This document shows positions 46,902-55,952 of a stretch of DNA of 64,000 nucleotides, one piece after another (position 1 is the first letter of the stretch; every line of letters starts with the position of its first letter). Source of the stretch: Anaeromyxobacter sp. (GTDB lineage: Bacteria > Myxococcota > Myxococcia > Myxococcales > Anaeromyxobacteraceae); contig JASGJN010000002.1 of the NCBI GenBank assembly GCA_049840735.1, forward strand, positions 1 to 64,000, written 5' to 3'. The translations under genes were made by a program, and so were the position numbers. Below the pieces are notes generated by a model. It did no database searches. It had not been told where the DNA came from and saw only the letters and a program-made list of their open reading frames with translations.

Positions 46902-48896
46902 TCAGTAGATGCCCGCCACCTCGGCGCCGGAGTAGTAGGCCCGCAGGATCTCGCGGTACCCCTGCCCCGCCGCGGCGCGCCCGACCGCGCCCCACTGGCA
47001 CATGCCGGCGCCGTGGCCCCAGCCGCCGCCGCGCAGCACCCACCCGCCCGCGTCGCGGTCCACCTCGAACATCGACGACGGCAGGTCGCCCAGCAGCCGG
47101 CGGATGCGCAGCTCCGGGCCGACCTCGGCCGTCCCGCGATCGCCCACCAGCCGCAGCGTGCGGACGCGGCCGGAGACGCCGCGCGCCAGCGGCTCCAGCG
47201 CGCGCACGTGGCCCACGCCCAGCGGCTCGACCAGCGCGTCCAGGCGCTCCGCGGAGAGGCGACGCTCCCAGCGGAAGCAATCGGGCCGCCCCGGCGCGCG
47301 GTTGCACCAGGCGCGCTGCGCGCCGCCCAGGAAGGCGCGCAGGCGGGCGGGATCGGCCAGCCCCTCCTCCCAGCGCGCCGCCTCGTCCGCGGGCAGGTCG
47401 GGGTGGCCCCGCAGGCTGGCGGAGGGCGCGTTGCCCCAGACCTGGTCGTTGTCCTCGCCGTGCCCGCCGCAGAGCGCCGAGTAGACCGCGTCCACCAGCC
47501 GCCGGTCGGCCTTGCCGAAGATCGCCTCGCCGCGCGTGGCCCGCACCGCCTCGTCGGTGCGCGGCGTCCGCGCCCCATCGCCCCGGTAGGCCTGGCAGTG
47601 GACCTCCGCGCAGAGCATGAAGGGGTCGGTGGCGTGGCGCGAGCCGATCTGCGCCAGCACGTTGGAGCGGGCCGTCACCGCCTGCGCCTTGAGCGCCTCC
47701 AGCGGCGAGCTGGCCGGCATCTCGCTCGGCACCAGCCCGCGCAGCAGCTCCTCCAGCGGCACGCCGTGGACCGCCGCCAGCGTGCCGCGCGCGTCGAGCG
47801 TCACGAACAGCCGCCCGCGGTAGGTCCGGTCCTCGCGGGCCAGCGCGGCCGGGCCGCGCTGGTGCTCCACCGCCTCGACGGTGAAGCCGCCGTCCGCGGC
47901 CACCTCCAGCGTGAGCGCGCTGTCGGCCTGGCCCAGCGGCGCGCCGCCCTCGGCCACGAGCTCGAGCCGGCCGGAGGGGCGCTCGGCGATCTCGCCGTGG
48001 AGCGCGCCGCGGACGCCGTGCGCGGTCCGGAGCGTCTCCAGCGCGCGCCGCGCGCCGGCCTCGCTCCCGTCCGACTCGGCCAAGAGCAGGGCGCGGCGGT
48101 TGTCCACCACCCGGCCGGCGATGCCGTAGACCGCGCCGACCAGCTTGATCCGGACCGCCACGCCGCGCGCGGCCAGGCGGCGGCGCTCGGCCTCGACGCG
48201 ATCGTAGCTGGCCACCGGCAGCTCGGAGATGACCGGCGCCCAGGTCAGCCGGGCCGGCGCCGCAGCGCTGGCGCGGACGGTGAGCCGGGTGCCGGCCGGC
48301 ACCTCGACCGCGCCGCCGCCGCGGAGCAGCACGCGCCCGGCCGAGCGGGCGCGGAAGGCGATGGCGCGCTGCCCCTCCATGAGCCGGATGGTCACCATCG
48401 GCTCGCCGCCGGCGGCGAACTCCAGCCGGTGACCCCAGAGCAGCTCCATGGGATCGGCCAGGTCCACGGCGGGCGGCGGCGGCGCGGGCGCGGGGAGCGG
48501 CGGCGGGACGGCGGCGGCCTCGCCCGGCGGTGTGGCGGCGCCGGCGGGCGCGTCGCCCGGAGCGGGCTCGGCGGCGGGCGCAACGGGCTCGCCGGCCGGA
48601 GCCGGAGCCGGGGGCTCGGCGGTGGCGCCGGGCGCGGGCGCGGCTCCTGGTGCTGGCGCCGGCGCAGCCGCTGGTGCGGCCGGCGCGGGGCTGGGCGCGG
48701 TGGCCGGCGCGGACCCGGGCTCCGGTGCGGGCTCCTGGTGCGCCGGCGCGAGCGCCGGCCCCCCGGCCGCGCACGCGGCCACGAACGCCGCCGCGACCAG
48801 GGCCGCGCAGGCGCAGCGGGCGCGCGCGGGCCGGCCCGGCCCCAGGCGGCCGTCCCGCTGCGCTTCCCCGCTCCCGCCCTCGTCCGTCCCGCTCAT
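46902..48896 (-). CDS. SpoIID/LytB domain lipoprotein (lytic transglycosylase-like) with a Pro/Ala linker
   Basis: YRG.L, LE..LRG.VPSEM, EALKAQAV.ARS, CQAY.G, GWGHGAGMCQWGA, IL..YY.G. Lipobox VAAC. Start uncertain. Confidence 0.9.
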   Translation of the reverse strand: MSGTDEGGSGEAQRDGRLGPGRPARARCACAALVAAAFVAACAAGGPALAPAHQEPAPEPGSAPATAPSPAPAAPAAAPAPAPGAAPAPGATAEPPAPAPAGEPVAPAAEPAPGDAPAGAATPPGEAAAVPPPLPAPAPPPPAVDLADPMELLWGHRLEFAAGGEPMVTIRLMEGQRAIAFRARSAGRVLLRGGGAVEVPAGTRLTVRASAAAPARLTWAPVISELPVASYDRVEAERRRLAARGVAVRIKLVGAVYGIAGRVVDNRRALLLAESDGSEAGARRALETLRTAHGVRGALHGEIAERPSGRLELVAEGGAPLGQADSALTLEVAADGGFTVEAVEHQRGPAALAREDRTYRGRLFVTLDARGTLAAVHGVPLEELLRGLVPSEMPASSPLEALKAQAVTARSNVLAQIGSRHATDPFMLCAEVHCQAYRGDGARTPRTDEAVRATRGEAIFGKADRRLVDAVYSALCGGHGEDNDQVWGNAPSASLRGHPDLPADEAARWEEGLADPARLRAFLGGAQRAWCNRAPGRPDCFRWERRLSAERLDALVEPLGVGHVRALEPLARGVSGRVRTLRLVGDRGTAEVGPELRIRRLLGDLPSSMFEVDRDAGGWVLRGGGWGHGAGMCQWGAVGRAAAGQGYREILRAYYSGAEVAGIY

Positions 48897-48940
48897 CCGA
48901 GGTGCGGTTCTACCGCTCCGGACCGGGGGCTGGCGAGCGC

Positions 48941-49859
48941 TCATGCACCGCCGAGCCCGGGTGGACCTCCGGCCAGGCGCCTGAAGGCCCGGTGCAGCCG
49001 CTCCGTCACCGGCCCCGGCCTGCCCGCCCCCACCTTGCGCGCGCCCACCCGGACCACCGGCAGGATCTCGCGCATGGTCGAGGTGATGAAGACCTCGTCC
49101 GCCGCGTCCAGGTCCTCCGGGCGGAGCGCCCGCTCCTCGAGCCGCGCCCCCTCGGCCCGCGCCAGCGCCAGCACCACGCCGCGGGTCACGCCCTCCAGGA
49201 TGCCGGCCGCGAGCGGCGGCGTCACCAGCACACCGTCACGCACCGTGAATAGATTGGACGAGGAGCCCTCGGTCACGAAGCCGGCCGCGTCCACCAGCAG
49301 CGCCTCGTGTGCGCCGGTGGCGCGCGCCTCCTTCACCGCCATGACGTGGCCGAGGTGGGCGCCGGTCTTGGCGCTGGGGTCCAGGCCGGCGGCGGTGCCG
49401 GGCCGGGCCAGCGCCACCGCCACGCCCTCGGCGTAGGCGCGGGCGGGGGGCGCCGAGAGCCCCTGCACGATCACGATGGCCTGCGGATCCACCGCCAGCG
49501 CCGGGTCGAGCCCGAATCTCGCCGGCGCCGCGGGTCATGACGATGCGCGCGTACCACTCGCCCTGGTTCCAGGGGGCGGCGGCCGGATCCGGCGGCGACG
49601 GCGGCAGGGCCCGCGCCGCCTCCAGCGTCCGCGCCAGCTCGCGCTCGATGCGCGGGAGGTCCCAGCGCAGCGCCAGGCCGATCCGCTCGGCGGAGTGGCG
49701 CAGCCGGGCCAGGTGCGGGCCGACCTCGAACGGCCGGCCGGCGTAGGTGCGGATCACCTCGTAGACCGAGTCGCCGTAGAGGAAGCCGCGGTCGAGGACC
49801 GACACCCGGGCCTCGGACGGCGGCACCAGCGCGCCGTCCAGGTTGACGAGCATGGGCAT
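48941..49859 (-). CDS. Class IV PLP aminotransferase (IlvE/PabC/Dat family; apparent frameshift ~49516)
   Basis: DRGFLYGDSVYE, HLARL..SA, EGSSSNLF, GILEGVTR, DEVFITST. Confidence 0.9.
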
Positions 49860-49985
49860 TCCCTTCACATAGCGCGTCCGCCGCGCCTCGGCGCGGGGCT
49901 GGCGCCGGCGCGCCGCCCCCCGGGGAGCGCGCGTCCAGCCGTCGCGCCCCGCGCGGAGGATCCCCGCGAGATCGCGGCCGATTTC

Positions 49986-50014
49986 TTGACCCATCGATCC
50001 CCCGGCGATATCAC
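49986..50014 (+). promoter_or_regulatory. sigma70-type promoter for the zinc-ribbon gene
   Basis: TTGACC-N17-TATCAC, about 10 nt before the ATG at 50024. Confidence 0.5.
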
Positions 50015-50023
50015 CCGGAAGCG

Positions 50024-50707
50024 ATGGAAGCCGCCGTGGAGTGCACCCACTGCCGGGTGGTGATGACGAGCTGGTCGGCCCCCGGGAGCCCGATCCGCTA
50101 CTACCAGTGCCCGTTCTGCGCCCGGACCCACTCGTCGCTCTACGGCGAGGTGTTCCGGCGCCACGCCGGCGCCCGCATGGTGGACGCCCCGGCGCAGCCG
50201 GCTGCTCCGGCCGCGCTGCCCATGGCCACCGCCGAGGAGATGCGCTGGGCCAAGGTCCGCGCCAGCGCCGCCCGCTGGTTCGCCCGGCTCGAGGCGGAGG
50301 AGAAGACCCGCGCCCGCACCACCGGGCCCATCCGCCCGCTCCGCACCTCGCAGGTGAAGGTCGAGGGCGCCCCCGCCGCCCTGGCGCTCCCCAAGGTCCG
50401 CGCCCCGCGCGCCCCCGCGACGCAGGGCCCGGCGCGCGCCGCCGCCCCTCGCGCCGGCGCCGTCCGCAGCGTCAAGGTCACGCCGGCCCGCACGCCGGCG
50501 CTGGCCACCCCGCCCGCCCCCGCGCGGCCCGGGCTGGCCCGCAGCGCCGCCGCCGCGCTCCGCGCAGCGCTGCACCGGCCCGCCACCGCCCGCGCAGCGG
50601 AGGAGCTGCCCGAGGTCGATCCGGCCGACGTGGTCTCGCTCGACTTCGACGTCGACGTGGACGTCGAGGCGGTGGCCGAGGCCAAGGCGCGGCACGGGCT
50701 GCCCTGA
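50024..50707 (+). CDS. Hypothetical protein with an N-terminal zinc ribbon
   Basis: CTHC...YYQCPFC, Ala/Pro/Arg-rich middle, acidic DFDVDVDVE tail. Strong GC3 bias. Confidence 0.78.
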   Translation: MEAAVECTHCRVVMTSWSAPGSPIRYYQCPFCARTHSSLYGEVFRRHAGARMVDAPAQPAAPAALPMATAEEMRWAKVRASAARWFARLEAEEKTRARTTGPIRPLRTSQVKVEGAPAALALPKVRAPRAPATQGPARAAAPRAGAVRSVKVTPARTPALATPPAPARPGLARSAAAALRAALHRPATARAAEELPEVDPADVVSLDFDVDVDVEAVAEAKARHGLP

Positions 50708-50756
50708 ACCTTCGATCGGCGCGAGGCTGGCGAGCGGCTCCCGACGCGCGGGCCGC

Positions 50757-51735
50757 CTAGCCCCGCGCGCGGCGCCACCCGCCCAGCAGCCACGCCCAGA
50801 GCCCGCCGGCCAGCCCCAGCCCGAGGGCGGCCCGTGCCAGCGCAGGCACCGCCTCGGCCGGCGAGAACCGCGGCCTCCAGCAGCGCCGCCAGCGCCAGCG
50901 CCGGCACCACCGGGGCCAGGATCCGCGCCGCCTCGCGGCCGCGCAGCTGGACCGCGGCGGCGCGCGACAGCTCGCCGGGCTCGATCAGCGCCTGCGCCAC
51001 GGCCAGCCCGGCCTGCGCCGCCAGCAGGAAGGCCGACAGCTCCAGCGGGCCGTGCGCGGCCATGAAGCCCAGCACCGGCAGCCCCAGCCCACCCTGCCAG
51101 GCGTGGGTCAGCACCGCGCCCAGCAGGAGGCCGTTGAGCAGGAGCAGCGCCGCCGTGCCCAGCCCGGCGGTGAGGGCGCCCAGCCCGAACGCCAGCGCGG
51201 CGGCCGAGACGTTGTTGTGGGCCAGCGCGGCGCCGGAGACGCCGGGCGCGGCGGAGAGCAGGTGGCCGGTCCAGAGCCGCCCCGCGGCCACCGCGCTCCG
51301 CACCGGCTCCGGCACCAGCCAGGCGGCCGCGTCCGGCGCCCACGCCACCGCGAGCCCGCCCGCCAGCGCGCCCGCGGCGAGGAGCAGCGCCGCCAGCGCC
51401 AGCTGCGGCCGGTGGGCTTGCACCGCCAGCGGGATCTCCGCCCAGGCGCGGCGCAGCGCCGGCCCCGCGCCGCCCCGGGCGCGGCGGTGGAGGGCCGCCT
51501 GCACCCGCGCCAGCAGCTGCGACAGGTACCCCTCCGCCTCCGAGCCGCCGAAGCGGCTGCGGAGCAGCGCCAGGTCGGCGCTGGCCCGCCGCTGCAGCTG
51601 GTCCAGCTCCTCGATGTCGGCCAGCGGCAGCCGACCAGCGACGGCCCGGGCGGCCAGCGCCTCCAGCCGCTCCCAGGAGGCGCGCCGGTCGCGCACCAGC
51701 GCCGCCACGCTGCGGGGCCGGCGCGCGCCGCTCAC
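50757..51735 (-). CDS. SpoIIM/DUF95 family membrane protein (apparent frameshift ~50866)
   Basis: W.RLE.L, ASADLA, HNN, NGLLLG, HGPLEL, A.LEA.VSP. Confidence 0.85.
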
Positions 51736-52481
51736 CCGGCCTCCGCGTGGTAGGCCGCCAGCGCCTCCAGGAACGGCTCCGGCGCGAGCCCGCCGGCGTC
51801 GATCCCTGCGCGGCGGGCCAGCGCCGGGACCAGCCGCGCCGCCAGCGCGGCCCGCGCCGCAGGGTCCAGCTCCGGCCGGCGGCGCAGGAAGTCCGCCAGC
51901 TGCTCCCAGTCGGCCGCCGGCAGGGGCTGCAACGGCCGGCGCCGCAGCGCGCCCAGCGCCGCGGCCCCGTCGGGCGTCGCCAGGTAGCGCGAGAGGTCGT
52001 AGCGCCGCTCGCGGATCACCAGCGTGCCGCCCACCAGATCGCCCAGCCGTTGCCGCCGCGCGCCCAGCGCCACCGCCAGGATGGCCGGGGCGTAGGCCAG
52101 CGGCAGCTCCACCGCCCGCAGCAGGTTGCGGACCAGCGAGGCGCCCGCCCCGACCGGCGTCCCGTCCACCCGGACCACGCGGAGGCCCGCCAGCCGCTTC
52201 CCCGGGGTGCGCCCCTGCCCCAGCACCTCCCAGGCCACGTCCCAGCCCCAGCCGCCCAGGAACACGCCCGCCACCAGCAGCAGCTGCCCCAGCCACGGGA
52301 GCGCCACCACGTCGTCGTAGAGGTCGCCGGAGAAGGAGTAGACCAGCAGCGCCGTCACCCAGCAGAGCAGGAGGCAGCCGGCGTCGGCCATCCAGGCCAG
52401 CGCGCGGGCCCCCACGCCGGCCAGCTCCAGCGTCAGCGCGACGCGCTCGGCGGTCTGGAAGCGGAGCTCGGGGGTGGGCAC
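51732..52481 (-). CDS. RDD family protein
   Basis: T.E.V.L.LELAG.GARALA..AD, GRTPGKR..GLRVV..DG, RNLLR, QRLGDLVGGT.VI. Confidence 0.92.
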   Translation of the reverse strand: MPTPELRFQTAERVALTLELAGVGARALAWMADAGCLLLCWVTALLVYSFSGDLYDDVVALPWLGQLLLVAGVFLGGWGWDVAWEVLGQGRTPGKRLAGLRVVRVDGTPVGAGASLVRNLLRAVELPLAYAPAILAVALGARRQRLGDLVGGTLVIRERRYDLSRYLATPDGAAALGALRRRPLQPLPAADWEQLADFLRRRPELDPAARAALAARLVPALARRAGIDAGGLAPEPFLEALAAYHAEAG

Positions 52482-52599
52482 GGGGCGATCCTACCGCACC
52501 GTAACCTGTGCAGTACCTATCAACGTGCAGTGGAGGGCAGGCGTAGGGGGACCCCGGCGCTCAGCGGAACGGGGGCGTGCGCAGGTGAGCTACCTCTAC

Positions 52600-53343
52600 C
52601 TCGGTCAGGCCCCGCGACGGCAGCGACGGCCCGAGCCTCCCGATCGATGGCTGTGAGCAGCATCCCCGGGGTGAAGGCGGCCACCCCGCGCCCCCAGGTG
52701 CGCGCCCACGCGGAGATGGCCACGTCCTCGGGACGAGCTCTCGAAGCGCTACCGCCTCCTCCGCGCAACTCATGCTGCCGACGCGGCATCCTGGGCTCAG
52801 GCCCGGCAAGGTCGGGCTCGGAAGGTCGCCGCCGAGGTGGTGCGGTCTCACGGTCGGCGGCTCGTCGTCGTCGGCGTAGTCAGGATTCCGACGCAGGCCA
52901 CGGCTCTCTCCCAGCACTGCCCCTGCGGCACCCGGGTGAAGAAGTCCCTCGCCGACCGGGTTCACCGCTGTCCCCGCTGCGGACTGGAGGGCGACCGCGA
53001 TGCCGTCTCCGCGGTCCTCGCCGCCTTCGTCGTCCTCGAGCGGCCCACCGACTACGCCTCGGCGCGCGTCGACTACGACGCCACCCGGAGGGCCAACGAA
53101 GCGATAAGGGAGCTTCTCGATACTCGCTGTCACGGGTGGCAAGACGCCCGGTCCGAGTCAACCGACCTCTGCGCCCGCGAGCCTTTCGTCGCGTGGCGGA
53201 CGTCCACACCGGCAGGCTCGCCGGTGGCTCGGCGAATCGTCGGCACGGCCACGGGTCCAACCCGGGATGAGGCTGGCAACGTCCAGACCACGCCCGAGCG
53301 GGCCCGATGGCGAACTGTGGGACAACTCTTGGCGCAACGGTAG
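52600..53343 (+). mobile_element. tnpB: Truncated, internally rearranged IS200/IS605 TnpB-like nuclease remnant
   Basis: Plus strand RDELSKRY...HGRRLVV|GVVRIPTQATALSQHCPCG..KSLADRVHRCPRCGLEGDRDAVSA. The missing RuvC-II segment EDVAISAWARTWGRG...REA lies inverted at ~52600-52729. Confidence 0.75.
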
Positions 53344-53574
53344 CGCAACGCGCTCGCAAGGCGCCCGCAAGCGGGGAGCAAATCGAGCTTCGCCTAGCTT
53401 GGCGGCGACGCTAGAACTTGCTTGCCGGCTTCCGGCGCGATACCGAGCACCGGCTCGGCGGCCGTTGCATCGCTCAGTTCTGATCGAATACCCGGATCGG
53501 CCCGGACTGCGTCGCGACGCCCGTGGCAAGGAGGCACGAAAGCCGATACAAGTGTTCGTAGTTGCGAGTCTTTC

Positions 53575-53646
53575 GGGGTGCTAGCTCAACGGTAGAGCAG
53601 CGGCCTTTTAAGCCGTTGGCTCTGGGTTCAAATCCCAGGCGCCCCA
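53575..53646 (+). tRNA. tRNA-Lys(TTT), CCA not encoded
   Basis: GGGGTGC TA GCTC AACGGTA GAGC A GCGGC CT TTT AA GCCGT TGGCT CTGGG TTCAAAT CCCAG GCGCCCC A. Confidence 0.95.
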
Positions 53647-54525
53647 TTTCCCTTCCTTCGCCCGGTCAGGCCATCCGCTGCCCTGGCGCTGCCCTGGCGC
53701 ACCGCAGCCATCTCGCAGGCCCTGACCACGCGCGCAAGGAAGTCCAGGTAGGCGCCGCGCCGCCCGGCGGGGATGGGCAGGGCGAAGACCAGCCCGCAGT
53801 CGCCGAGCGCAAGCCCCGCATACGAGAGCGTGTAGTCCAGCGCGAGCCTTGCCGCGCGGGCATTCCCGTCTTCGAACGGATGGAAGAAGCAGAGGTCGAG
53901 GTACAGCATGGCTGCCCTGGCCACGGGATGCGGCGCGACGGACGGGGCCAGAGCCAGCCGCTCAGCAAACCGCTGCTCCATCCCCTCCCAGCAGCCGTAC
54001 TGCTCCTGTCCCTGCTTGGCACGGGCGACACCTCGGCGGAACGGGGCGGAACAGGAGCCGAGCACCACGCCCTGCAACTCCTGGAGCGCGGCCCAGGTCA
54101 GGGGCACTCCGGTCGTCGCTAGCGTGCGCGCCCGGGCCAGCGCCTCGAGGAACCGCTCCGCTCGACCCGGCTCCCGAGCCGCGTCGCGGCTCCGCACGTA
54201 CGCCAGGTGCCCGTCACGGGAATCCGACCCTGCCGTGAGCAGCGCAGCCGTGAGCACGCGCAGGTCGGGGGACGGATCAGCCCAGTCGATCGCTCCCTTC
54301 GCCCTTGGAGAAGCTCCACCCTTGCGCCCACTCGCCTTGTCCGGCAACGAGCGCAGCGTCCAAATCGGGAACGAACATCTCGCGCAGCACACCGAGGGGC
54401 TGCGCTCGTCCGAGCAGGTCGAGGACGGTTCGGCGAACCGTCTCCTCGGCGTCGGCGGCGTCGAACCGGACGCGGGCGGGATCGACCGCCTCCCACCGAG
54501 GCGAGTAGATGGACCAGGTCGACAT
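53628..54525 (-). pseudogene. Fic-domain protein, frame-broken near 54290 and probably internally deleted
   Basis: N-terminal piece WEAVDPAR..FD...GEWAQGWSFSKGEG is in one frame. The C-terminal piece with YLDLCFFHPFEDGNARAAR is in another. Confidence 0.7.
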
Positions 54526-54622
54526 GCCGTGCCTCTCCGAGTCGAGGGCACAGACTACCGGAGCCGAGCGCGGCAGGCACCTGCCGGCCGCATGGCGCCC
54601 GGAATACGGTCCCTCCTGGTCC

Positions 54623-54922
54623 TCAGCCCCTCTCCCCCGGCTCCTCCCGCGTCGCCTCGCGGCGCTGGTCCTGCTCCACCTCCGCGCCGCGGGTCCCGGC
54701 GGAGCGCTCGGCGATCTCGCCGGCCTGCTCCTGCCGCTCGGCGGAGGGCGCGTGCCGGGGCACGCCGGTCACGCCTTCGCGCGCGCCCTCCTGGACCTGG
54801 CGCGGCTCGGGGGCTGGCTCCGGAGGAACGGCGTGCGGGGTGTTGTCGTCCACGCCGGGGGGCGTGGGGCCGGGGCCGCCGGCCAGGCCGGGCGTGGGGT
54901 CGAGGGTGGGATCGTCGGGCAT
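54623..54922 (-). CDS. Small acidic, Pro-rich disordered protein (in frame with the upstream EEP gene)
   Basis: Strong GAGGAGGAGG RBS before ATG MPDDPTLDP; 99 aa. Confidence 0.55.
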   Translation of the reverse strand: MPDDPTLDPTPGLAGGPGPTPPGVDDNTPHAVPPEPAPEPRQVQEGAREGVTGVPRHAPSAERQEQAGEIAERSAGTRGAEVEQDQRREATREEPGERG

Positions 54923-55843
54923 GTGGCCTCCTCCTCGAATCTCTGACCGCGCCTCCCCGGCCGGAAGGGCCGCCCCCTCCACCCACAGGTCGAGCACCAC
55001 CGGCCGGTGATCCGAGGCCGCAGCCACCTCCGCGCCGTCGACGATGGCCGAGGCGAGGACCGACCCCTCGTCGGCCCGCGGCACGGCCAGGTGATCGAGC
55101 ACCTCCCGCCGTCCCCCCGACCCCCAGGTCCAGGCGGACCGCGCGAGCAGCGCCGGCGCGTCCCGCCAGGCGCCGTCGCCCAGCAGCGGCGCGAGGGGCG
55201 CGCTGGTGGGCTGGTCGTTCAGGTCGCCGCCAGCCACCACCTGGGCACCCGCGGCCCGCGCCGCGTCGGCGATGGCCCGCAGCCTCGCCGCCTGGGCGGT
55301 GCGCCGCGTGCCGTCATCGGAGAGGGCCGAGCTGAGGTGGCTCGCCACCACCACCAGCCGCGCGGCCCCGACCTCCACCGCCAGCTCGACGCAGTCGCGC
55401 GGCCAGAGCAGCCGCCCATCCTCGCCCCGCTCGTCGCGGTGCGTCCGGTACCCGGCCACCGGCAGCCGCGAGAGCGCGCCGACGTCGATGCCGCGCGGAT
55501 CGTTCCCCTCCACCAGCCGGACCTCCGGGTATCCCGCCGCCGCCCCCAGCCGCGCCAGCAGCGCCCGGTCCTCCACCTCCTGCACCACCACCACGTCCGC
55601 CGCCACCGCCCGCAGCACGGCCGCGGCGCCCGCCAGCCGCGCCTCCACCTCCGCCTCGGCCGGCACCTCGTCCAGCGTGGCCGGGTCGTCCTGCGCGTCG
55701 AAGAGGTCGTGCAGGTTCCAGGTGGCGACGCGGACGGCGCGGCCCGCGCCCGCGGGCGAGGCCGCCCCCGGCGCCGGTGCGCAGCTGGACAGCGCGGTCA
55801 GGAGCAGCGCGAGGACGGCTGCGCGCGTGGAATGTGAGGACAT
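54923..55843 (-). CDS. Endonuclease/exonuclease/phosphatase (EEP) family lipoprotein; stop codon not seen
   Basis: Lipobox LSSC, VATWN, VQEVE, GNDPRGIDV, GDLND, LDH, SDHRPV. Confidence 0.88.
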
Positions 55844-55855
55844 GCCACGGCGGAC

Positions 55856-55871
55856 TGCAAGGGCGTGGCCA
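55856..55871 (-). promoter_or_regulatory. sigma54-like promoter immediately upstream of the EEP gene
   Basis: TGGCCACGCCCTTGCA (GG-N10-GC with TTGCA). Confidence 0.55.
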
Positions 55872-55952
55872 CCCGCAAACACGCGTCAGGCGGCGATCTG
55901 CCGGGAACCAGCGGTCCGCGCGGCGGCCGCAGGGGCCGCGGCGCGGACCTGC

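Noticed and set aside
48460..48780. Repetitive GC-rich stretch as a DNA repeat or CRISPR
   Set aside because: It encodes the Pro/Ala linker of the SpoIID protein. No repeat-spacer array was seen anywhere in the window.
45366..49436. 1356-aa plus-strand ORF and many other long Arg/Ala/Gly-rich ORFs
   Set aside because: Shadow frames of real genes in very GC-rich DNA, with no domains.
46902..52481. spoIID and spoIIM as evidence of endospore formation
   Set aside because: Both families are widespread in non-sporulating bacteria, so the names carry no such implication here.
53620..54620. attL/attR duplication of the tRNA-Lys 3' end or an integrase
   Set aside because: No direct repeat of the tRNA end and no recombinase ORF were found by eye.
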